Source: a candidate division FCPU426 bacterium (lineage in GTDB: Bacteria; Oederibacteriota; Muellerivitia; Muellerivitales; Muellerivitaceae). Taken from it: a DNA stretch of 64,000 bases. The stretch lies in contig CAWCKJ010000004.1 in assembly GCA_963796105.1 (NCBI GenBank), positions 96,001-160,000 of the forward strand. The letters run 5' to 3'. The notes below the pieces were generated by a model. The model saw only the letters and a program-made list of their open reading frames with translations, was not told the origin of the DNA and made no database searches. Made by a program: the position numbers and the translations under genes. Each line of letters opens with the position of its first letter. Within the stretch, counting starts at the first letter, position 1. Below, piece after piece: positions 51,501 through 58,171 of this stretch.

Positions 51501-52094
51501 GTAGAAAGTGTAGGGGGCCCATGCGCTGGTCAGCGTCACCGAGGCCCCGTAGCTGTCCCCGCAGCTCACGGCGCAGGAGCCGCCGTTGGCCAGCGTCATC
51601 GTCTCATCGGTGCCGATGGTGAAATGGACGACCTGGCCCGCGGGGGTGGAGAGGGCGTAAAACTTGACCCCCGTGTACCCGTAGGACTGCGCGTTATAGT
51701 CCAAGGGCGCGGATGCGAGGAAATTAAAGCCCAGACCCGCCCCATAGCCCGTGAAGCCCGAACCGTTGATGCCCATGGAGTAAAGCGTCCCGTTGGCGCC
51801 GCCGCTGGTGACGGCCAGGGGGTTGGGTAAAAGGGTTCCGCCCGTCCCGTCGTTGTAGGTGTACCAGTAGCCGTTCCTGCCCTGCTGGACGATGATTTGG
51901 GTGTTCTGGTCCTCCAGGTTGTCGATCATCATCGAGGCAGGCGAGGGAGACGTAGTGCTGGTCGGGGTGGACTTGCCGCCTCCCGGGGAAGAGGGGCTGT
52001 TTTTGCCCGGACAACCCAGGAACAGGAAGCAGATGGAGAAGCAGAGGAACAACAAAACCATCTTGCCGGATTGGGGAATGGAGAATCGGTGCAT
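48549..52094 (-). CDS. Modular surface lipoprotein: CBM11/CIA30-like domain, duplicated beta domain, CBM-like domain, C-terminal beta-propeller
   Basis: Lipobox LFLGC; IDNLED....G.WYTYNDG CBM11-like domain; TPT linkers; seven ~48-aa repeats W.NVG.AGFSAG.A.YTSLA...PYVAF.D...ATVM. Confidence 0.75.
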   Translation of the reverse strand: MHRFSIPQSGKMVLLFLCFSICFLFLGCPGKNSPSSPGGGKSTPTSTTSPSPASMMIDNLEDQNTQIIVQQGRNGYWYTYNDGTGGTLLPNPLAVTSGGANGTLYSMGINGSGFTGYGAGLGFNFLASAPLDYNAQSYGYTGVKFYALSTPAGQVVHFTIGTDETMTLANGGSCAVSCGDSYGASVTLTSAWAPYTFYTTQLSQQGWGAPVALDWAKIINMQFQVPGGQPFNFQVDEIQFVNSPAPPSYTPTSTITSTGSTSPTNSPTNTPTNTITNTPINTPTYTPTKTPTSTTINCSSPSQAGITSPYLNLIPGAGDLWANEVNIPVVGEGIESISVYLSGASGQVNAALYSGSEATGPISLITQGAAQSAVNGWNTIPVPAAYLNAGTYWLVCQVQNSTQVVTGFGDKTVFVSYSFGAFPGTYPSGGSVENEVSFSIYMNYCGGNTPTFTATPTITPTICYAPTLQTTYTFASSMDCWHSDPYGGTTVNINTIGISTAQLSTGSSGALAVSVTNSAAVTGALQLEVSYSTAQDFNGASIGAYVYCDASLGNTGAIVFDESATAVGGASATYLFEGQWTNVTGGKWVQLIPLTSGSGGTGSTGAVDTHHISQFGVDIPGIAAGATGNVYIDAVTITIPVTPTPTLTPTSTTINCSSPSQAGITSPYLNLIPGAGDLWANEVNIPVVGEGIESISVYLSGASGQVNAALYSGSEATGPISLITQGAAQSAVNGWNTIPVPAAYLNAGTYWLVCQVQNSTQVVTGFGDKTVFVSYSFGAFPGTYPSGGSVENEVSFSIYMNYCGGNTPTFTATPTITSTPTNTSTPTATATLNVHNPHGNWNNVGSAGFSAGQAEYTSLAFDTDGNPYVAFRDDANGTKATVMEYSNGSWANYGSAGFSAAWVQYTSLVFNISGTAPYLAYSDGNVGGNATVMYDSGSGWATLGTAGFAPGGVNYTSLAFDGYGTQYVAFQDQANGNKASVMAYIGGNWVNVGSPDFSSGEANYISLAMYNNKPYVAFEDYAYGNDYKATVMEYTSGGWQNVGSEGFSAGPANYTSLAIDAYGNPYVAFQDCGNDYKATVMEYTSGSWQNVGNAGFSAGTANYTSLAFYSGKPYVAFQDYANGNQATVMGFTGSGWANVGSAGFSAGSASYTSLAFSPNGTTYVAFSDGNSGGNATVMAFQ
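49644..51227 (-). repeat. Near-identical ~510-bp intragenic duplication (49644-50153 and 50718-51227)
   Basis: Offset 1074 bp; identical peptide TINCSSPSQAG...YMNYCGGNTPTFTATPTIT occurs twice. Confidence 0.9.
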
Positions 52095-52257
52095 AAGAGG
52101 CTTCCTATAAATAAAGTGTTAAAAAGTTGAAGATATCCCCTTCAATCACCCTTCTTCCCGCAGAAGGGGTATCGAAAAAACATCCCGATGAATGGGATTT
52201 AAAATTTCTCTTGGCAAAATTATTTTACGTGGGCGTGGAAAATCTAAAGAAGTTTAA

Positions 52258-53962
52258 CCGGGATTTCCCAGATGACTTCTTCCTGCAACATCGCCGGTTA
52301 ATTTGTTCCTCATTATATTGCCCCCCCCCCGCTTCTTCCATCGGAATTCAGAATTTTCAGGTCCCAGGCCAGTTGAATGAGCCCCAGGAAAAGGTTTATG
52401 TGCCCAAAAAACCTGAAAAATGACTTTCGGAAAGGCTATTCTCGTTGTGAGCGCACACTTATCCAACGATAGTTGATCGGGTTGCAGCCATGAAGCGTTC
52501 CTGCGGTTATCGCAGTACTGGTGCTCGCGGCCTTACCATCGCCAATAGCCGTTTCCGATTAAGGATTTCAGCAAACAGGCGTCGGGAAACCATCACCTCC
52601 GCCATCTGAAAAACCACGTACCGCGAATGGCGGATGACATTGGCCCCGATCTTGATGAGTTTTTCCCGCAAGGTCGTCAACGACCAATGTTTCACCATTT
52701 CTGGCAAGACCAGACGGCGCAGGAAGTTGCCCAGATTGTAAGCCAGTGCAAATAGTTGCAACCTTACTTGATTGTCCGCGAAGTCGTGGCAACTTAGTCT
52801 TGTCCACTTCATCGCGTACTTCCCCTCCTTGATCCACTGCTCAGCCGTGCCTCGCCCGTTGTAGAACCTCACCACCTGAGGAGCCGGTCGACGCATGTTC
52901 GTCACAATGAAACCAACCCTCGGGAAAAGCTCGCCATGGTGGTGTTCTATTTTCGCCACCACGCGGCGGGGTGTATTCCAACTGGCGGCTTGGTATTGGA
53001 AGCTGTGATACCGGAGGACAGGCTTGTAGGAAGGGCGGCCCACGGGACGGATTAAAAATGGCTCAATTTCCCGTTGCAGCACGTCATTAGCGGGTTGGCG
53101 GATCGCGTAAAGGTATCTTTCGTCTTCCAGGTACTCGTATAGTTCCTGACGGGCGAAGGCCGCGTCACCCCGGAAAAACCGGCTGATGGAAAGACCCCGG
53201 TAGCGGGCAACTACCGGTTCAAGAACCGAGCGCCATTCGTGGGCGCTGGCCACATTGCCGTTGCGCAACATCCCCCGTTCCAAATCACCGAACTGGTTGA
53301 AGCAGAAGAGAGGATGGTAGCAGGTACAGCCAAAATAACCGTTGTACAAGGAGCCTTCCTGATCCCCGTAGGTCTCGCTCACGGAGCTGTCCATGTCGAG
53401 GACGATCTGTTGGATGGGCTTTTTTTTATGGACCGCATCAATCCATTGGCCGGACAGATTAATCAGGCCGATCAGGTTTTTCGACTGGGTGAGAACCTCC
53501 GTTTCGAAACGTCCCATCTGGCTTGTGGAGGCGGCCTGTTTGTCCCTCGCCCGTCCTCCGATTACATGCCGCATTGCGGGATCGACACTCAAGCGCTCCG
53601 CGTCGTTGGTATCTTCGTATCCGGCCAAGCGGCTGAATACCGACTGGCGAAGAAGCGCCGTCATCGTGTGTTGCGTGTTCTTGCCGGTCCGCCGATCCCA
53701 AAGGATGTTTTCGGATGAGGCCGTCAAGCCGAAGGCTTCATCCAACTCGCGATAGGGAATCAACCCGCCGTCGGAAGTGACCTTCGCACCATGAAATTCC
53801 AGTTTGAGACCAGGATCAAAAACCACCCGAAGAGCGTCTTTTCTGCCTTCACCCATTGAATTTCCCCTTCTCGTAATCCCCGAAGTGAAGAAAAACCTTT
53901 GTTTATATAGCCAAACGATGTCTTATTATACTCGAAGAGAAATTTCATCTGGGAAATCCGGG
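52258..53962 (-). mobile_element. IS1380-family element, 1705 bp
   Basis: 18-bp TIRs CCGGGATTTCCCAGATGA / CCCGGATTTCCCAGATGA. Confidence 0.9.
52507..53856 (-). CDS. IS1380-family DDE transposase
   Basis: TSDGGL, GYED.NDA, LDMDS, YHPL, RGDAAF, Y..RG.AEQWIKEGK, N.VRLQL..LAYNL. Confidence 0.95.
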   Translation of the reverse strand: MGEGRKDALRVVFDPGLKLEFHGAKVTSDGGLIPYRELDEAFGLTASSENILWDRRTGKNTQHTMTALLRQSVFSRLAGYEDTNDAERLSVDPAMRHVIGGRARDKQAASTSQMGRFETEVLTQSKNLIGLINLSGQWIDAVHKKKPIQQIVLDMDSSVSETYGDQEGSLYNGYFGCTCYHPLFCFNQFGDLERGMLRNGNVASAHEWRSVLEPVVARYRGLSISRFFRGDAAFARQELYEYLEDERYLYAIRQPANDVLQREIEPFLIRPVGRPSYKPVLRYHSFQYQAASWNTPRRVVAKIEHHHGELFPRVGFIVTNMRRPAPQVVRFYNGRGTAEQWIKEGKYAMKWTRLSCHDFADNQVRLQLFALAYNLGNFLRRLVLPEMVKHWSLTTLREKLIKIGANVIRHSRYVVFQMAEVMVSRRLFAEILNRKRLLAMVRPRAPVLR

Positions 53963-54379
53963 TTTAGTAACTGTCCAATCATTCTCGAGTGAGCTTTTTG
54001 CCGTAATCTCATAAATAAACCCCGCCGCGCATAAAAGACCCCCTTCCACAAGGAAAGCCATGCCTGTGTTGTCATTGTCCGCGGAGGACCTGAGGAGTCG
54101 GTCCGCTTCCGGATCGTTAAGGGGGTCAAGGACCGCCTTCAATTGCTGGAAGGACTCTAATTTTAAGCCTTTATAATAATAGTTCTGGGTCGGCCTTTTA
54201 TCAGCTCCACCATGCTGGATCTCAATGGGATAGAATTTTTGTTCAGAACCAGATTTTTTAATCTTGGTTTTCTTGTATTCTGCTTTAAGAGTGTTTTGGC
54301 CTATTTGGGTGTCCAGCGATTGGCCAAACCCCCCGGACGCAATCAGGAATACTAAGAAAAAAACTGCTAATTTCCGCAT
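53963..54379 (-). pseudogene. 5' half of split membrane/secreted protein gene
   Basis: Signal peptide MRKLAVFF...; the ORF runs into the IS TIR after WTVTK and continues at 48179 if the insertion is removed (207 aa reconstituted). Confidence 0.85.
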
Positions 54380-54512
54380 ATTTTCTCTCCGTTGTTCATA
54401 ATCCACCTTTAATACGGTCCTATATTACTTCCGTTCAGGACCACTCAGATACATATTGTGAGAAGTGGTATCTAATCTCTGGTAAGCGAGGGCATCCGAA
54501 AGTCAGATCCCC

Positions 54513-54759
54513 CATTCCGACAGGGCTTCCAACAGCCAGATTGCGCATTCCGACAGGGAGCCCGGCTTTCCGACAGGGCTTCCGACAGTCAGACCGCCCA
54601 TTCCGACAGGGGGCCGTCCTTTCCGACAGGCCTTCCAACAGTCAGACCGTTCATTCCGACAGGGGCTCGGGCTTTCCGACAGGGCTTCCGACAATCAGAC
54701 CGCGCATTCCGACAGGGGCTCGGCATTTCCGACAGGGCTTCCGACATCTGTGGGCAGGG
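54513..54759. repeat. Array A: 53-bp higher-order tandem repeat built from TTCC(G/A)ACA cores
   Basis: CATTCCGACAGG starts at 54546, 54599, 54652 and 54705; cores are spaced 21/11/21 bp. Confidence 0.9.
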
Positions 54760-54799
54760 AATCTTGAAGTCAATGTTAAATTTTGAGTTTTGAATTCTT

Positions 54800-54846
54800 A
54801 ATTTTGGTAGATTTCCGGGGTTTGGAAATCCTCGATAATTCAACAT
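54800..54846. repeat. ~47-bp box, copy 1
   Basis: AATTTTGGTAGATTTCCGGGGTTTGGAAATCCTCGATAATTCAACAT; the last 26 bp are identical to 55984-56009; contains palindrome GATTTCC-N7-GGAAATC. Confidence 0.85.
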
Positions 54847-54985
54847 CCCGCCCCGAGTATTATCGAGGGGTTAACATTCAGAATTCATAATTGCCGTTAA
54901 AAAGTGAGTAGGATTTCCTTTGCCGACCGGCAGGTTAGCGACCCCGACCGCCGAAAAACCCGAATCGACCAGCGGGCTCCCGGAA

Positions 54986-55177
54986 CCTGCGGGCAGGACT
55001 CCCGAAAATTACGGGCAGGGCTCCCGACACCTGCGGGCAGGACCCCGAAACCTGCGGGCAGGGCTCCCGACACCTGCGGGCAGGGCTCCCGACACCTGCG
55101 GGCAGGCTCCCGACATCTGCGGGCAGGACTGCCAAAACCTGCGGGCAGGGCTCCCGGCATCTGCGGGCAAGGTTCCC
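54986..55177. repeat. Array B: nine 21-22-bp iteron-like repeats
   Basis: Consensus CCTGCGGGCAGGGCTCCCGACA; units start at 54986, 55008, 55030, 55051, 55073, 55095, 55116, 55138 and 55160. Confidence 0.9.
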
Positions 55178-55215
55178 AGCTAGTTCCCGAGTTCCCTGGT
55201 TCCCGGCTAATTCCT

Positions 55216-55865
55216 GAGTTCCAAGGTTCCAGGCCAGTTCCAGGAGTTCCAGAGTTCCAGGATTCCCGGGTTCCAAGGTTCCAGGCCAGTTCCAGGAGTT
55301 CCAGAGTTCCAGGATTCCCGAGTTCCAAGGTTCCAGGCCAGTTCCAGAAGTTCCAGAGTTCCAGGAATCCCGAGTTCCAAGGTTCCAGGCCAGTTCCAGA
55401 AGTTCCAGAGTTCCAAGATTCCCGAGTTCCAAGGTTCCAGGCCAGTTCCAGGAGTTCCAGAGTTCCAGGATTCCCGGGTTCCAAGGTTCCAGGCCAGTTC
55501 CAGGAGTTCCAGAGTTCCAGGATTCCCGAGTTCCAAGGTTCCAGGCCAGTTCCAGGAGTTCCAGAGTTCCAGGATTCCCGAGTTCCAAGGTTCCAGGCCA
55601 GTTCCAGAAGTTCCAGAGTTCCAGGATTCCCGAGTTCCAAGGTTCCAGGCCGGTTCCAGGAGTTCCAGAGTTCCAGGATTCCCGAGTTCCAAGGTTCCAG
55701 GCCGGTTCCAGGAGTTCCAGAGTTCCAGGATTCCCGAGTTCCAAGGTTCCAGGCCAGTTCCAGGAGTTCCAGAGTTCCAGGATTCCCGGGTTCCAAGGTT
55801 CCAGGCCAGTTCCAGGAGTTCCAGAGTTCCAGGATTCCCGGGTTCCAAGGTTCCAGGCCGGTTCT
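55216..55865. repeat. Array C: 12.5 copies of a 52-bp unit built from six (G/A)TTCC cores
   Basis: GAGTTCCAAGGTTCCAGGCCAGTTCCAGGAGTTCCAGAGTTCCAGGATTCCC every 52 bp from 55216 to 55840, with degenerate flanks at 55178-55215 and 55866-55922. Confidence 0.95.
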
Positions 55866-55961
55866 CGAGTTCTCGGTCAGTTATCGGGTTCCCGGCTAGT
55901 TCTCGGATTCCTGTGGTTCCCGGCCGGCGAAAAACCCACTAATTTCAAGTTTAAAACGCCA

Positions 55962-56009
55962 AATTTTGGCTAGATTTCCATACTTTGGAAATCCTCGATA
56001 ATTCAACAT
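55962..56009. repeat. ~47-bp box, copy 2
   Basis: AATTTTGGCTAGATTTCCATACTTTGGAAATCCTCGATAATTCAACAT; direct repeat of 54800-54846. Confidence 0.85.
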
Positions 56010-56133
56010 TTAAAATTAAAAATTCAAAATTGTTATTCCATGCCAATGGAATAACCCCTCTTGGGAACTTTTCCTTTTGAGCTGTGTCCAATGGGGTATA
56101 GGCAGTTCAAAACATTCACACAGGAGAAAGGTC

Positions 56134-57018
56134 ATGCGATTAAACAAGATGCTTCTAGCCGGGCTTCTGGTCCTGGGGGTCGCGAACACCCAGGCCGCCA
56201 CCAAGGAACATACCGTCAAATACCGCCTCGCGATCCAGGAGGACGACCGGCTGGTCCACGAGACCCGCCACCAGCCCTACCAGTTCCGGGTGGAAATCGT
56301 GAGCGATGACGAAGGGGTGAAACCAGAGACCTACCGTAACGGGCGGCCCTTTATCACAGCCTCCAGGGGGGAGAATTACTCGGTACGGCTCTACAATCCC
56401 CTGCCAGTGAGGGTGGCCGTGAACCTGACGGTGGACGGGCTTAATTCCATCACCGGCAAGCCCAGCGGCATCTCGGACGGCCAAAAATGGGTCATCGACC
56501 CCTATAGCTCCGTCACAATCCCGGGATGGCAGGTGAGCGGTGAGGAAGCCAGGCGCTTCTTCTTTACCAACAAACCCAAGTCCTACGCCCAATGGCGGGG
56601 GAATGAGATGGGAAAGGACCTGGCGGCCAACTGCGGTGTGATCGGCGCGGCCTACTTCTGGAACCAGGATGAGTTGAACCAGTATTACGATTCCCACCCG
56701 ATCTACCGTTACAGCCAACAGCCTTACCCGTATAACTCCTATCGCGCCAAGGCTTACGACAGTTTATGCGCTCCGCCCGCGCCCGCTTGCACCAGCGGAA
56801 TGATGGAAAGAAAAGCGAAAAAAGAAGCGCCTGAGGAGCAGGCGGGAACCGGCATGGGAGAGCGTGAATCCAACCCCACCTACCAGGTGTCTTTCGACTA
56901 CAACGCCGGGATGTATTCCCTCGACCAGGCCGTGGTCATCTATTACGACTTTGCCAAGACCCCGAGGCCCAACCCCTTCCCGGACCTCAGCTTCGCCCCG
57001 GAAATGCCCCTGCACTGA
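56134..57018 (+). CDS. Secreted conserved hypothetical protein
   Basis: Signal peptide; GE.YSVRL.N....RVAV.L.VDGL...I.GW....F.F....SYA...GVIG.A.F...AGTG.G; AGGAG RBS. Function unknown. Confidence 0.7.
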   Translation: MRLNKMLLAGLLVLGVANTQAATKEHTVKYRLAIQEDDRLVHETRHQPYQFRVEIVSDDEGVKPETYRNGRPFITASRGENYSVRLYNPLPVRVAVNLTVDGLNSITGKPSGISDGQKWVIDPYSSVTIPGWQVSGEEARRFFFTNKPKSYAQWRGNEMGKDLAANCGVIGAAYFWNQDELNQYYDSHPIYRYSQQPYPYNSYRAKAYDSLCAPPAPACTSGMMERKAKKEAPEEQAGTGMGERESNPTYQVSFDYNAGMYSLDQAVVIYYDFAKTPRPNPFPDLSFAPEMPLH

Positions 57019-57103
57019 AGCCACAAGCTGAAGCGCGGGACTTGGGTGTGCTAATGCCTAACTTCGCATTAGTACCGTAAGGCATCGGTGAGATAAAACA
57101 AAT

Positions 57104-57139
57104 GAACCCGGCTTGTTTCTAAGTCGGGTTCTTTTGTTT
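57104..57139 (+). terminator. Intrinsic terminator
   Basis: GAACCCGGCTT-N6-AAGTCGGGTTC followed by TTTTGTTT. Confidence 0.7.
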
Positions 57140-57300
57140 AGAGTAAAGTAGATATGCTCTCCGCCATACTTGTCATGAAATCAGGAAAAGATTAAAGGCA
57201 TTCAAGACTGCCTCCCAGGGATCTGAAACAATTCCCGTGACTCCCGACTATGATAAAGTGGTTATATCCAGCTTGATCTACTTCTCTTTGGAGGTTTTAT

Positions 57301-57876
57301 ATGAAAAAAATCGCGCTTGCGCCTAACACCATCCTTCATCCCCATCCCGTGATGCTTATCGGAACCTATGGAGCCGATGGGAAACCGAATCTCATGAACG
57401 CGGCCTGGGGCGGTATCAGCTCCAGCAATCCGCCCTGCGTGTCGGTGTCGTTGCGCGAAGCGACTCTCACCTACCACAACATCCTGCACAGTAAGGCGTT
57501 CACCGTCGGGATTCCATCCCGTAAATACGTCAAGGCCGCCGATTACGTCGGCCTCGTCTCGGGACGGGAACATGACAAATTCAAGGAAACCGGGCTCACT
57601 CCGCTCAAGAGCGAAAAGATCAACGCCCCGCTGGCCGCCGAATTGCCGTACTCCCTGGAATGCAGGCTTTTCCAGCAACACAAGCTTGGGTTACACACGA
57701 TCTTCATCGGGGAGATCATGGGAATTCTCGCCGACGAGGATGTCCTTGGTCCGAAGGGATTCCCGGATATTGAGAAGACCCAGGCGATTCTCTACGGAGG
57801 TTTCGAGGGCAACCACTATTACGCAATCGGTGAAAACCTCGGGGCGGCCTTTTCAATAGGGAAGAACCTCAAGTAA
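57301..57876 (+). CDS. Flavin reductase family protein (flavoredoxin-like)
   Basis: P.PV..IGTY..DG.PN.M..AWGG, T..NI....FTV, D..G..SGR..DKF, LEC, HT.FIGEI. Confidence 0.88.
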   Translation: MKKIALAPNTILHPHPVMLIGTYGADGKPNLMNAAWGGISSSNPPCVSVSLREATLTYHNILHSKAFTVGIPSRKYVKAADYVGLVSGREHDKFKETGLTPLKSEKINAPLAAELPYSLECRLFQQHKLGLHTIFIGEIMGILADEDVLGPKGFPDIEKTQAILYGGFEGNHYYAIGENLGAAFSIGKNLK

Positions 57877-57893
57877 CCAAAGAAAAAGAGGTT

Positions 57894-58092
57894 TTGCCAC
57901 GGATGCAGGGGATGCACGCGGATAGCCAAGACACTCAAAGAAAGAATGAATTTTAAATTTTCAGTTTTAAGATTTGAATTTCAGGCAAATCCCATGAATC
58001 CCATGTATGCCAGCCTTCCATAAAACTTCAAAGAGGCTGGTATAATGCCGATCCCATTTTGTTTTATGAATGATCGGTATATCCGTGGCTAA
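57894..58092. repeat. Inverted-repeat element related to 23204-23301, right arm interrupted
   Basis: GCCACGGATGCAGGGGATGCACGCGGAT ... ATCCCATGAATCCCATGTAT [~70-bp insert] ATCCGTGGCTAA. Confidence 0.65.
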
Positions 58093-58171
58093 GTATTATT
58101 TATGACTGATCTTTCTTCTAAGATTCTCTCAACTAAGAAATTCCTCTGAAATGATCGGGACATAGAAGATA

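Larger units (their letters stand above)
48185..53962 (-). mobile_element. ISEcp1-like transposition unit (IS1380 + captured lipoprotein gene), 5778 bp
   Basis: TTTAG at 48180-48184 and 53963-53967; removing the unit restores one continuous ORF. Confidence 0.82.

Noticed and set aside
52321..52330. C10 tract as a phase-variation switch
   Set aside because: It lies in the non-coding right end of the IS1380, not in a credible gene or promoter.
54513..55865. Possible CRISPR array
   Set aside because: Units are contiguous with no unique spacers, and there are no cas genes in the window.
54897..55899. ORFs of 213-331 aa on both strands across arrays B and C
   Set aside because: The 52-bp period is not a multiple of 3, and the unit lacks stop codons in several frames on both strands, so open frames are a by-product. 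No convincing RBS.
54800..56009. Box palindrome GATTTCC as a surrogate IS1380 end
   Set aside because: Only 7 bp are shared with the TIR, it lies on the upstream side of the transposase, and the TTTAG duplication already defines the unit.
57020..57095. Possible riboswitch/ncRNA hairpins after the 56134-57018 gene
   Set aside because: Small stems only, with no recognisable family motif; an Rfam search would be needed.
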